DNA from: an uncultured Bacteroides sp.
GTDB taxonomy: Bacteria > Bacteroidota > Bacteroidia > Bacteroidales > Bacteroidaceae
Length of the DNA stretch: 41,464 bases
Assembly: GCA_944320635.1 (NCBI GenBank)
Contig: CALUIF010000016.1
Location: 1-41,464 of the forward strand
Reading direction: 5' to 3'
In this document: in pieces, positions 28,023 through 37,775 of the stretch
Position numbering within the stretch: the first letter of the stretch is position 1
Layout of the letters: every line of letters begins with the position of its first letter
Notes under the pieces: generated by a model
What the model saw: only the letters and a program-made list of their open reading frames with translations
The model's database searches: none
What the model was told of the DNA's origin: nothing
Program-made: the position numbers and the translations under genes

Positions 28023-29258
28023 ATGGTTATTAATCTGATCACCTTTGCTTCCACCCTGCAAAAGCACGCTGCGGTATACAGCTCGCACGAAATCATATTG
28101 ACCGAGCTGGAAAAATACTTCACCGTCAACTTCATCGACTACGAAAACATAAACCGACTGACTGAAAATGACTTCAGCCTGGTCTTCATTGCCACCGGGG
28201 GAGTAGAGCGATTGGTTATCCAGCACTTCGAATCATTGCCCCGCCCCACCATACTTCTGGCCGACGGCATGCAAAACTCCCTGGCCGCCGCCCTCGAAAT
28301 CTCCACCTGGCTCAGAGGCCGGGGCATGAAAAGCGAAATACTGCATGGCGAACTTTCGGAAATCGTGAAACGCATCTTTGTGCTGCACAGCAACTTCAAA
28401 GCACAACAAAGCCTGAAAGGCATGCGCATAGGTGTCATGGGCACGCCATCCGGATGGCTCATAGCCAGCAATGCCGACTACCTGCTGGCCAAACGCCGTT
28501 GGGGCATCGAATACATTGACATCCCCTTGGAACGCATAGTCAAGCGTTATGCACAGACCACCGACGAAGAGATAGGCGACGCTTCCGCACAGCTGGCCTC
28601 ACAAGCCTTGGCCTGCCGCGAAGCCACACCACAGGACATGCTGAAAGCCATGCGCCTGTACCACGCCATCAAAGCCGTCATCCGCGAAGAGAAATTGGAC
28701 GCCATCACGCTGAGCTGCTTCCGGCTGGTGGAAACCATAGGGGTCACCGGCTGCCTCGCCCTCTCCCTGCTGAACGACGAAGGCATTGTGGCCGGCTGCG
28801 AGGGCGACCTGCAATCGGTCTTCACCATGCTCATCGTCAAAGCCCTCACGGGCAAACCCTGCTTTATGGCCAACCCCTCCATGATTAACGCCCGCACCAA
28901 CGAAATCATCCTTTCCCATTGCACCGTAGGCATCAGGCAGACGGAACAATTCATTATCCGCAACCACTTCGAAACCGAAAGCAGCATCGGCATCCAAGGC
29001 ATCTTGCCCACAGGAGACGTCACGCTGATAAAATGCGGCGGCGAATGCCTGGACGAATATTACCTTTCCACCGGTACCCTGACCGAAAATACCAACTACA
29101 TCAATATGTGCCGCACCCAAGTACGCGTGCACATGAATACCCCCGCCAAGTATTTTCTGCAAAACCCGTTGGGCAACCACCACATCATGCTCTACGGTAA
29201 CTACGAAATCATGCTCAACGAGTTTCTGCAACTCAACGCATGCAAACGGATAGAATAA
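28023..29258 (+). CDS. L-fucose/L-arabinose isomerase-like protein (short form)
   Basis: Motifs NSLAAALEI, GCEGDL, LSHCT, CRTQ and LGNHH; about 411 aa. Confidence 0.75.
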   Translation: MVINLITFASTLQKHAAVYSSHEIILTELEKYFTVNFIDYENINRLTENDFSLVFIATGGVERLVIQHFESLPRPTILLADGMQNSLAAALEISTWLRGRGMKSEILHGELSEIVKRIFVLHSNFKAQQSLKGMRIGVMGTPSGWLIASNADYLLAKRRWGIEYIDIPLERIVKRYAQTTDEEIGDASAQLASQALACREATPQDMLKAMRLYHAIKAVIREEKLDAITLSCFRLVETIGVTGCLALSLLNDEGIVAGCEGDLQSVFTMLIVKALTGKPCFMANPSMINARTNEIILSHCTVGIRQTEQFIIRNHFETESSIGIQGILPTGDVTLIKCGGECLDEYYLSTGTLTENTNYINMCRTQVRVHMNTPAKYFLQNPLGNHHIMLYGNYEIMLNEFLQLNACKRIE

Positions 29259-29313
29259 ACTACAAACCGCAGGCAGGCATAAGCCTACATCCCTTGCAGC
29301 CCCCACCATAGGG

Positions 29314-29358
29314 AAACGGCGGACATAAGTAAGCATATTTTACTATCCACCGTTTTTT
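29314..29358 (+). terminator. Possible intrinsic terminator after the isomerase-like gene
   Basis: AAACGGCGGA 29314-29323 pairs (one mismatch) with TCCACCGTTT 29346-29355, with inner AT-rich pairing and a T-run to 29358. Confidence 0.45.
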
Positions 29359-29376
29359 ATACCCACATGACACCAA

Positions 29377-29465
29377 GTTCGTACCATGTTCGTACCAACT
29401 TCGTACCACGTTCGTTCCAAATACGACGCTATAGACTCGAACATGGAACGAAGATGGTACGAGTT
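29377..29465. repeat. 11-bp tandem array with an inverted arm
   Basis: GTTCGTACCAT / GTTCGTACCAA / CTTCGTACCAC / GTTCGTTCCAA (29377-29420), then inverted TGGAACGAAGA / TGGTACGAGTT (29444-29465). Confidence 0.85.
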
Positions 29466-29478
29466 TTGTACAGTGTTT

Positions 29479-31476
29479 TTACCTATAAGCAATGAGTGCC
29501 GAACAGGGCGGAACGGTCAGCCTTCCGCCCGTCATGGTAGCCAACGGGCGGGCGGGGTCGGCCGACACACGGCCATCCATGCACGCTATGCGGTAGTCGC
29601 CTTGGTGTACGGCCACCGTTGCAGGCTTTGCCAAGGGATTGAGCACGACGATGATTTCATTCCACACCTCTCCCTGTGGTTTGCCTGTCAGCCTGAAAGC
29701 TATGACCTCTTCATCGTCTGCCGGAATGAAGTGCAGGCCGTTGCGCACCTCCTCTGCATCACCGTAGTGGAAAGCAGGATGCGCCTTGCGCAAGGCTATC
29801 AGTCCGCTCACGTAGTCGAAAAGGTCGCGGTTTTCACGTTTCAGCTGCCAACGGATGGTGTTGATGCTGTCCGGGCTGCGGAACGAATTGGCCACGCCTT
29901 GCTTGTCGCGCATCACCTCATCGCCTGCAAAGATGAAGGGCACGCCTTGCGAGGTGAGCACAGCCGTAAGCGCCAGCTTCTGCATAGCCTTGAGCTGATT
30001 GGGGGAAGCTGAGGGTTGTGTCACCTTCAAGCGGTCGGCCAAGCAAAGGTCGTCGTGGCAGCTCACGTAGCTGATGAATTGTGTGGGGTGCGCCGCCCAG
30101 AATGTGGGGTGCGCAGGGTCTTCGGCTACTTGCGCATGCTCCACGCCTCCCGCTATGCCGAAGCGCACGCCTGCCTCATGTCCTTTGCGGGCGATGATAA
30201 AAGCGCCCTGCTCGTCGTGCCCGAAAGGACCTCGCAAGCTGTCGCGAAACTCGTCGCTGAAGGCCGCGATGCCGGGCATACGCCAGGTATTGATTTTCAT
30301 GGCCAGGCTGTCCGCCGGAAGCTGGGGAGCAGCTGCCGCCCAACCTTCTCCATAGATGTAAATGGTGGGGTCTACTTCATCCAAGGCTTGACGCACAGCC
30401 TTCATCGTGCCTATGTCGTGTATGCCCATAAGGTCGAAGCGGAATCCATCCACGTGATATTCTTCCGCCCAGTACTTCACGGACTCGACAATAAACTTCC
30501 GCACCATGGGCCGCTCGCTGGCAGTCTCGTTTCCACAAGCCGAGGCATTGGCAAAGGTGCCTTCGGACGTCTGTCGGTAGAAGTATCCGGGCACAGTGCG
30601 CTCAAAGTTTCCGCCCTCGGTCACGGCGGTATGGTTGTACACCACATCCATCACCACGCGGATGCCTGCCTTGTGCAGTGCCATCACCATCTGTTTGAAC
30701 TCCCTGATGCGGGTTTCGGGAGTATAAGGGTCGGTGCTGTACGAACCTTCGGGCACGTTATAGTTTTTAGGGTCGTAGCCCCAATTGTACTGCGCACTGT
30801 CGGGGCGGCTTTCATCTACCGATGAGTAATCAAAGGAAGGGAGAATATGCACGTGCGTCACGCCAAGCTCTTTCAAGTGGTCGATGCCCGTGCGGTCTCC
30901 CCACACGGAACGCGTGCCTTCCTCTGTCAAGGCAAGGAATTTCCCACGGTGGTCAATGCCTGAGTTGGCATCCATGCTGAAGTCCCTGTGGTGCATCTCG
31001 TAGAGAATGATGTCGGAAAAACTTTGCAAGGGCGGGCGCACGTCAGCCTCCCACCCTTCGGGGTCGGTATCGCGCAAATCCACCACTGCGGCCCTGTCTC
31101 CGTTTACTCCCACCGCTTTGGCAAAGACGCCCGGCGTATCGCCCAGCCAGCGACCGTCGACCTTGACGTTAAAGGTGTAAAATTTTCCTTTCACATCGCC
31201 TTCTACCACGGCATTCCACATGCCGTCAGTAGCGGCTTTCATAGCCAACGTGCTGACCGCCTCTCCACCTTGCCCGGTGTCGTAGAGCAAGAGGTTTACC
31301 GCCTCTGCCGTAGGCGCCCATAATGCAAAGCGGGTGGCCGAAGGCGTATAGGACATTTCCTCCCAATCGCCTTCATACACGGGATATCCATCATACGAAT
31401 CCTGAACTTGCTGCGACGGCGAATTGCATCCCACCGTTGCAAGCATCGACATTACAAATAGGTGTTTTACCTTCAT
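29479..31476 (-). CDS. pulA: Type I pullulanase (GH13), lipoprotein
   Basis: Motifs YNWGYDP, MDVVYNH, GFRFDLM, YGEGW and SCHDD. Lipobox VG|C. Confidence 0.94.
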   Translation of the reverse strand: MKVKHLFVMSMLATVGCNSPSQQVQDSYDGYPVYEGDWEEMSYTPSATRFALWAPTAEAVNLLLYDTGQGGEAVSTLAMKAATDGMWNAVVEGDVKGKFYTFNVKVDGRWLGDTPGVFAKAVGVNGDRAAVVDLRDTDPEGWEADVRPPLQSFSDIILYEMHHRDFSMDANSGIDHRGKFLALTEEGTRSVWGDRTGIDHLKELGVTHVHILPSFDYSSVDESRPDSAQYNWGYDPKNYNVPEGSYSTDPYTPETRIREFKQMVMALHKAGIRVVMDVVYNHTAVTEGGNFERTVPGYFYRQTSEGTFANASACGNETASERPMVRKFIVESVKYWAEEYHVDGFRFDLMGIHDIGTMKAVRQALDEVDPTIYIYGEGWAAAAPQLPADSLAMKINTWRMPGIAAFSDEFRDSLRGPFGHDEQGAFIIARKGHEAGVRFGIAGGVEHAQVAEDPAHPTFWAAHPTQFISYVSCHDDLCLADRLKVTQPSASPNQLKAMQKLALTAVLTSQGVPFIFAGDEVMRDKQGVANSFRSPDSINTIRWQLKRENRDLFDYVSGLIALRKAHPAFHYGDAEEVRNGLHFIPADDEEVIAFRLTGKPQGEVWNEIIVVLNPLAKPATVAVHQGDYRIACMDGRVSADPARPLATMTGGRLTVPPCSALIAYR

Positions 31477-31519
31477 GGTTGTTATTATGTTATGTTAGAA
31501 TAATGATATTAGCGGTAAA

Positions 31520-31638
31520 CAAAGATAGAGGCAATGCCTTTGCACCCTATATATTGAAAGGAAAATGTAAATAATAAAAGACTCATATCACTAATAATCA
31601 GAAGAATAAAAATCACTTAATATAAACGGAAAATGAAA
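31520..31638 (-). promoter_or_regulatory. pulA promoter with two candidate SusR boxes
   Basis: Minus strand has TATCTTTG at 31527-31520, TTACATTTTC at 31570-31561 and TTTCATTTTC at 31638-31629. Confidence 0.6.
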
Positions 31639-31681
31639 GCGGAAAATGCGTGACACAACTCTCCGGCACCATATTGTCCAT

Positions 31682-31800
31682 TTATATTTTCCGAAAAGCA
31701 AATCCTTTCCATATGCTACAGAAAAGGGAATTTAGCCATTTTAATACTTATATTTTCATTCATAAAGAAAAGCCTGTCTCCTATTTATTCACTACATTTG
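31682..31800 (+). promoter_or_regulatory. malQ promoter with two candidate SusR boxes
   Basis: TTATATTTTC at 31682 and 31748; TACATTTG at 31793-31800. Confidence 0.65.
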
Positions 31801-31843
31801 CATCCGGCAATTATACGAATTATCATCCTAATACCAAAACATA

Positions 31844-34522
31844 ATGAAATTAACCTTTCGCATCGAGTATCGCACGGCTTGGGGAGAAACTCTCTACGCC
31901 GTATTGAACAATGAAATAGAAGTAGAACTCTCTACCACCGATGGCTCTCTGTGGCAAGGTAGTTGCGAATATCTGCCGGCAGAAACAACGCAGCCCATAG
32001 CCTACCGATATGCCGTTTACCGCAATGGCAAATGCATCCGAAAAGAATTTGGAGCCATTGCCCATACACTTTGGCCAGCAAACATTGACCAGCACCACTA
32101 TATATTGAATGACTGCTGGCGCGACCTTCCAGCCGATAGCTATCGCTACAGCACCGCATTCAATGGCATTTGCGCCGGGCAAACACCCGTACATTTTACC
32201 GAAGTCGACAACACCCCCACCCTCTGTGTACGTGCGCTATGCCCCGGTCTTTGCACCCGGAACCAGGCGCTTGCCCTTACGGGAGGAAACGAAACCTTAG
32301 GCAACTGGGGAAAGGCCGGCAAGCCTCTGCGCATGCAAGAGGTAATGCCCAACGTGTGGCAACTGACTTTGAAAGCCAATGCCCTCCCGCCCGTTATCGA
32401 ATACAAGTTTGTAGCCATAGATGCCCAGACGGGAGACATTGCCGGCTGGGAAGGACGGGATAACCGCACCCTATACCTCCCGCACCTGGAGCAAGGAGAA
32501 ACGTTCCTGCCCATGGAAGCCGAAGTATACTTTCCCGACATACAATACAAAGTAGCCGGAAGTGCCATCCCCGTATTCTCCCTGCGTTCGGAAGGGAGCT
32601 ATGGCGTAGGCGATTTCGGCGACTTGAAGACCTACATCCAATGGGCAGCCGACACGCATCAGAAAGCCGTGCAAGTGCTTCCCATCAACGACACCACCAT
32701 GACTGGTACGTGGACAGACTCTTATCCGTACAGCAGCATTTCCATCTACGCCTTCCACCCCATGTATGTCGACCTCAGGCAGCTGCCTGCCCTGAACGAC
32801 GGGGAAGCCGCACAACAGTTTGAAAACGAACGCCTCCGGCTCAATGCCTTGCCGCAAGTGGACTACGAAGGAGTGAACCATTGGAAGCGGGCTTATCTCA
32901 AGGCTATCTTTTTGCAAGAAAAAGACGCTATCTTCTCCAAAGAAAGCTATCGTCTTTTCCTCGACGAGAACAAGGCATGGTTACAGCCCTATGCCGCCTT
33001 CTGCTATTTGCGCGACCACTTCGGCACGCCCGATTTCCACCAATGGGGCGACTTCAGTATTTACAATGAAGAAAGCGTGGCTAAACTATGCAACCCTTCA
33101 AGTGAAATCTACGACGAGATAGCCCTGCACTATTTCATACAATATGAACTTCACATCCAGCTTCTTGCCGCCTGCAACTATGGCAGAAGCCGCGGAGTCA
33201 TCGTAAAAGGAGACATTCCCATCGGCATCAGTCGCACCAGTGTGGAAGCGTGGGTAGAGCCTTACTACTTCAACATGAACGGACAAGCTGGCGCTCCACC
33301 CGATGCTTTTTCTACCAAAGGGCAAAACTGGGGACTGCCTACCTACAACTGGAAAGCCATGGAGCAAGATGGCTACCAATGGTGGAAACAACGCTTCCGC
33401 AAAATGGCAGACTACTTCACGGCCTACCGCATTGACCATATCCTGGGGTTCTTCCGTATTTGGGAAATCCCCATACACTCCGTACACGGATTATTGGGCC
33501 AATTTTCTCCCTCCCTTCCCATGAGTGTCAGCGAGATTGAAAGCTTCGGGCTTCATTTCCAAAAGGAGTTTATGACGCGCCCCTTTATCAACGACCGCAT
33601 GCTGGAAGAAATGTTCGGCGAACAAAGTCGGGAAGTCAAGGAGAAATTCGTACAGCACCTGCACCATGACATCTACGCCATGCGCCCCGAGTTTGATACC
33701 CAGCGCAAGGTGGAGGCCTACTTTGCGGGAAAGACAGATGAGGCAAACGTTAATTTAAGAGAAGGGCTTTATGCACTGATAAGCAATGTGCTGTTCATAG
33801 CCGACCGCGACAACGCCGACATGTATCATCCCCGCATTGCCGTACAAAACGACTACATCTTCCGCCAACTGAACGGACAAGAGCAAGAAGCTTTCAACCG
33901 CTTATACAATCACTATTATTACCAACGGCACAACGACTTCTGGTATCGTGAGGCCATGAAGAAATTACCTATCCTCACTCAGTCCACCTCCATGCTGGTA
34001 TGTGGAGAAGACCTCGGCATGGTGCCCGACTGTGTGCCATGGGTAATGAACCAACTACAGATACTCTCGCTCGAAATACAGCGCATGCCCAAGAATCCGC
34101 AAGACGAATTCGCGCATGTAGCCCAATATCCTTTCCGATCCGTTTGCACCATCGGCACACACGACATGTCCACCTTCCGAGGCTGGTGGGAAGAAGACCG
34201 GAACACCTCCGCCCGCTTCTTCTACCACGAACTAAGGCATTGGGGAGAATTGCCCCTACATGCACCGGGATGGCTTTGCGAAGATGTGGTAAGACGACAC
34301 CTGTACAGCCCCTCCATGCTTTGCATATTGACGTGGCAGGATTGGACGGCGATGGATGAAACTTTGCGCAATCCCGATACCGATATTGAACGCATCAACG
34401 TGCCATCCATATCCAAGTACTATTGGCGCTGGCGCATGCACATCACCCTCGAGAACTTAATGCAACAAACCGATTTCAACAACAAAGTCCGCGGAATGAT
34501 AGACGAAAGCGGACGATATTAA
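31844..34522 (+). CDS. malQ: 4-alpha-glucanotransferase (GH77, DPE2-like with N-terminal CBM20 domains)
   Basis: Motifs GVGDFGD, LPINDT, KGDIPIG, GAPPD, QNWG.P, RIDH, GEDLG, THD, RINVP and WRWRMH. Confidence 0.95.
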   Translation: MKLTFRIEYRTAWGETLYAVLNNEIEVELSTTDGSLWQGSCEYLPAETTQPIAYRYAVYRNGKCIRKEFGAIAHTLWPANIDQHHYILNDCWRDLPADSYRYSTAFNGICAGQTPVHFTEVDNTPTLCVRALCPGLCTRNQALALTGGNETLGNWGKAGKPLRMQEVMPNVWQLTLKANALPPVIEYKFVAIDAQTGDIAGWEGRDNRTLYLPHLEQGETFLPMEAEVYFPDIQYKVAGSAIPVFSLRSEGSYGVGDFGDLKTYIQWAADTHQKAVQVLPINDTTMTGTWTDSYPYSSISIYAFHPMYVDLRQLPALNDGEAAQQFENERLRLNALPQVDYEGVNHWKRAYLKAIFLQEKDAIFSKESYRLFLDENKAWLQPYAAFCYLRDHFGTPDFHQWGDFSIYNEESVAKLCNPSSEIYDEIALHYFIQYELHIQLLAACNYGRSRGVIVKGDIPIGISRTSVEAWVEPYYFNMNGQAGAPPDAFSTKGQNWGLPTYNWKAMEQDGYQWWKQRFRKMADYFTAYRIDHILGFFRIWEIPIHSVHGLLGQFSPSLPMSVSEIESFGLHFQKEFMTRPFINDRMLEEMFGEQSREVKEKFVQHLHHDIYAMRPEFDTQRKVEAYFAGKTDEANVNLREGLYALISNVLFIADRDNADMYHPRIAVQNDYIFRQLNGQEQEAFNRLYNHYYYQRHNDFWYREAMKKLPILTQSTSMLVCGEDLGMVPDCVPWVMNQLQILSLEIQRMPKNPQDEFAHVAQYPFRSVCTIGTHDMSTFRGWWEEDRNTSARFFYHELRHWGELPLHAPGWLCEDVVRRHLYSPSMLCILTWQDWTAMDETLRNPDTDIERINVPSISKYYWRWRMHITLENLMQQTDFNNKVRGMIDESGRY

Positions 34523-34539
34523 AATCTTTATTGACAGCC

Positions 34540-35898
34540 ATGAGAAAAATTCCCGACTTAGGATTCTGGAAGTTATGGAACATCAGTTTTGGCTTCCTTG
34601 GCGTGCAAATAGCTTATGCCTTGCAAAGTGCCAACATCAGCCGTATATTCTCCACGCTGGGAGCCGACCCACATAGTTTAAGCTATTTTTGGATTCTGCC
34701 CCCATTGGCAGGAATTGTCGTACAACCCATCATCGGTGCTTTAAGCGACCGTACCTGGTGCCGCTTCGGACGCCGCATCCCCTATCTGTTTGTAGGGGCA
34801 CTGATTGCCGTCTTAGTCATGTGCCTGCTCCCCAATGCAGGAAGTTTCGGCATGACGGTCTCGGCCGCCATGATTTTCGGCCTGATTTCATTGATGTTGC
34901 TCGACACCTCTATAAACATCGCCATGCAACCTTTCAAAATGATGGTGGGTGACATGGTCAATGAAAAGCAGAAAGGTCTGGCCTACTCCATACAGAGTTT
35001 CCTATGCAATGCCGGAAGCCTGATTGGTTATTTGTTTCCTTTCATCTTCGCTGCGGTTGGCATCAGCAATGTAGCGCCCAAAGGGGTTATCCCCGATTCT
35101 GTAATCTATTCCTTCTATATCGGGGCAGCTATTTTGATACTCTGCGTCATCTACACCACCGTGAAAGTAAAGGAATATCCGCCCCAGCTTTATGTCGAAT
35201 ACCACAATGTATCCGATAAGGAGAAAGATGAAAAGGTAAACATATTCCGCTTGCTGGCAAAGGCTCCCAAAGCATTTTGGACCATCGGATTGGTACAGTT
35301 CTTTTGTTGGTCTGCATTCATGTTTATGTGGACATATACTAATGGAACGGTTGCCGCCAATGCTTTTGCCACACCTACCATAGAGGTGGTGAAAGAAGGG
35401 GTAACGCACTGGGTGCTCGATACACAATCGCAACAATACCAAACCGCAGGCGACTGGGTAGGCATTCTCTTTGCCGTGCAGGCCATCGGCTCCGTATTAT
35501 GGGCAATGGCTATCCCCTGCTTTAAAAACCGGAAAGTGGTCTACTCGCTAAGCCTCATATTGGGAGGTATTGGCTTCGCGTCTACATTCTTCATACACGA
35601 CCCCTATATGCTGTTCATCTCCTTCTTGCTGATAGGTTGTGCATGGGCAGCTATGCTGGCTTTACCTTTTACTATCTTGACCAATGCCTTGACAGGCGGA
35701 CACATGGGAATGTACTTAGGATTGTTCAACGGCACAATCTGCATCCCGCAAATTGTAGCTGCTGCTACAGGAGGCTGGATATTGAGAGCCTTCACCACCC
35801 CAGGGCAGGCACCACAGGAGGCTGGCATGCTGGTTATTGCCGGAGTATTGCTGATTATCGGTGCAGGATGTGTACACTTTATCAAGGAGAACAAATAA
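34540..35898 (+). CDS. MFS sugar transporter (SLC45/sucrose-maltose permease-like)
   Basis: FWKLWNISFGFLGVQ, SDRTWCRFGRRIPY and GLFNGTICIPQI, with multiple TM helices. Start MRKIPD. Confidence 0.9.
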   Translation: MRKIPDLGFWKLWNISFGFLGVQIAYALQSANISRIFSTLGADPHSLSYFWILPPLAGIVVQPIIGALSDRTWCRFGRRIPYLFVGALIAVLVMCLLPNAGSFGMTVSAAMIFGLISLMLLDTSINIAMQPFKMMVGDMVNEKQKGLAYSIQSFLCNAGSLIGYLFPFIFAAVGISNVAPKGVIPDSVIYSFYIGAAILILCVIYTTVKVKEYPPQLYVEYHNVSDKEKDEKVNIFRLLAKAPKAFWTIGLVQFFCWSAFMFMWTYTNGTVAANAFATPTIEVVKEGVTHWVLDTQSQQYQTAGDWVGILFAVQAIGSVLWAMAIPCFKNRKVVYSLSLILGGIGFASTFFIHDPYMLFISFLLIGCAWAAMLALPFTILTNALTGGHMGMYLGLFNGTICIPQIVAAATGGWILRAFTTPGQAPQEAGMLVIAGVLLIIGAGCVHFIKENK

Positions 35899-36020
35899 AT
35901 GAAGAATGAAGAATTGAGAATGAAGAATTTCAAATAAATGAAGAATTTCCCTCGGACAAATTACCTTCAAAGGAGGAGCATAAGGCGAAGTCCTTCATTC
36001 TTAATTCTTAATTCTCAGTT
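35898..36020. repeat. Heptamer tandem repeats in inverted arms between convergent genes
   Basis: AATGAAG / AATGAAG / AATTGAG / AATGAAG (35898-35925) face CTTCATT / CTTAATT / CTTAATT / CTCAGTT (35993-36020). Confidence 0.8.
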
Positions 36021-36022
36021 TT

Positions 36023-37615
36023 TCAAAGTTTCATCACCTCTTGTTCAAACGTATCTTTATTACCTGCCGCACGATTGCGTATCTTGCTGCGATAATTATA
36101 TACTGTGGTCAAAGAGTAACTCAAGAAATGTGCTATGCGGGCAGAATCGGTTACTCCCAGGCGAATGAGTGCGAAAATGCGCAACTCAGTGTTCAACAAC
36201 TCGCCGGGTTTAGGATAAATGCGGGCATCTTCTACCAACAAATTATTGAAATTGCCTATAAAATTCGGGAAAAGTTCGAGGAATGATTTGTCAAATTCGC
36301 GATAGAAAGCTTTACGCTCATCACGCAAGAACTGATCGGAGCGGATAGCCTTGAACAATTCGTCCATTTTGGAGGCCATAGCGAGCTTTTCCAGCGAACG
36401 ACGGTATTGCTCCAACTTCTCTAAATACTCTACACACCGGTCCAAATAACGGGCGATGTACACATCCTTTATCTTCCCTACTTCTTCCAACGTAGTGTTG
36501 GCTGCCACCAGCTTACGATTGGTACGATACAAATATTTCCGCATAGCAGAAAGTTTCTTCATCCAATAGTACAGATAGCACACCGCCACTACCAGGAGTA
36601 AAGCCAAGACACTGATACTGCAAAGCATGTTACGAACAGCATCCCGTTTCTGCTGTTCTTTTTCCCTATAGGCACGGTCTATGATAGGGTAAACCTCTGT
36701 CACCTCCAACGAGCGCAGGCGGGCATTGCAGTTCACCGCATCTTCCATCGAGCGGTTCAAGTAACGGTAAGCACGCTCTACGTCCCCCTTTTTGTAAAGC
36801 AAATAGGCCAACTTCTGCAAAGACGCATACTCGCGCACCACACGTTTCGCATCCCAAATAGCAGTCTGTGCCAAGTAATATATTTGCTTGTCCATATCAC
36901 CTTTCGCCTCATACACCTCATACATGGTAAAGTTGAGGTATGAAAGCAACTCCCTATCTGTAGTTTCCTCCAGTTGCTTCTGCAAGATGGGGATAGCATC
37001 ATCCGGACGGCCTTGTATAATGGCTTTTTCCGCCCTCACTATTTCACGATCCGATTCCCAGGCAGAAGTCAGCAGGATGGAGTCGCGGTACTGGTCGGTT
37101 TTTTTTTGATATTCTCTTTTATCACGCTGATATAGAGTATAATCGGAAAGCCATCCATAACATGAACGGAAGGCATGGTAATACTCCCGGCGCAAATCCT
37201 CGGTAAGTCCTGCCGAATTTATCCCTTCAAGTTGGCGTATGGCTTCGCTGTACATACCCATTACCCCCATCACTTGAGCCCGATTGATGGCTATGCCTTC
37301 TTTCTGGTTGGGGTATGCAGGCATAAGGGGCATGTCATCCAGTATGTCCAGATAGTACACCGCCGTATCAGCTTGGTAATGAAGGTATTCTTGAAAAAGC
37401 TCTTTGCATAGCACATATCGTTCAGACTCAACGGTAGTCTTATTCAAGCGTCCTTCCAATTTCTGAATATGAGCATCCTTTTGTTTGCGGAAGGTATTTT
37501 GACTTGACAAGACAGAATCTAACCTTTGTAAAATATCCGATACATCTTTCTCACCTGCACGCAACAGGCCAGAAAACAATAAGAGCAATATAGGTATAAG
37601 GCTAACTGATTTCAT
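36023..37615 (-). CDS. susR: SusR-family membrane-spanning transcriptional activator (DUF6377)
   Basis: Signal peptide, TPR-like periplasmic part, one TM helix and a C-terminal ELRIFALIRLG…IAHFL.YS..TVYNYR HTH. Divergent from susA. Confidence 0.88.
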   Translation of the reverse strand: MKSVSLIPILLLLFSGLLRAGEKDVSDILQRLDSVLSSQNTFRKQKDAHIQKLEGRLNKTTVESERYVLCKELFQEYLHYQADTAVYYLDILDDMPLMPAYPNQKEGIAINRAQVMGVMGMYSEAIRQLEGINSAGLTEDLRREYYHAFRSCYGWLSDYTLYQRDKREYQKKTDQYRDSILLTSAWESDREIVRAEKAIIQGRPDDAIPILQKQLEETTDRELLSYLNFTMYEVYEAKGDMDKQIYYLAQTAIWDAKRVVREYASLQKLAYLLYKKGDVERAYRYLNRSMEDAVNCNARLRSLEVTEVYPIIDRAYREKEQQKRDAVRNMLCSISVLALLLVVAVCYLYYWMKKLSAMRKYLYRTNRKLVAANTTLEEVGKIKDVYIARYLDRCVEYLEKLEQYRRSLEKLAMASKMDELFKAIRSDQFLRDERKAFYREFDKSFLELFPNFIGNFNNLLVEDARIYPKPGELLNTELRIFALIRLGVTDSARIAHFLSYSLTTVYNYRSKIRNRAAGNKDTFEQEVMKL

Positions 37616-37639
37616 ACATAAGCATGTTTTAAACTACCA

Positions 37640-37647
37640 CAAATATA
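37640..37647 (-). promoter_or_regulatory. -7 box for susR
   Basis: Minus strand reads TATATTTG about 25 nt upstream of the start. Confidence 0.55.
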
Positions 37648-37775
37648 AGCAAAATAAAATAGTGAAAAACAAAAAAGTAATATTTTTCATGCCTACAAAC
37701 ACAGGACTTTGTTCCACTATACAGAAGGATTTTAACAACAAATAGTCATTTTTTCCTATTCGGAGACCTCTTTGC

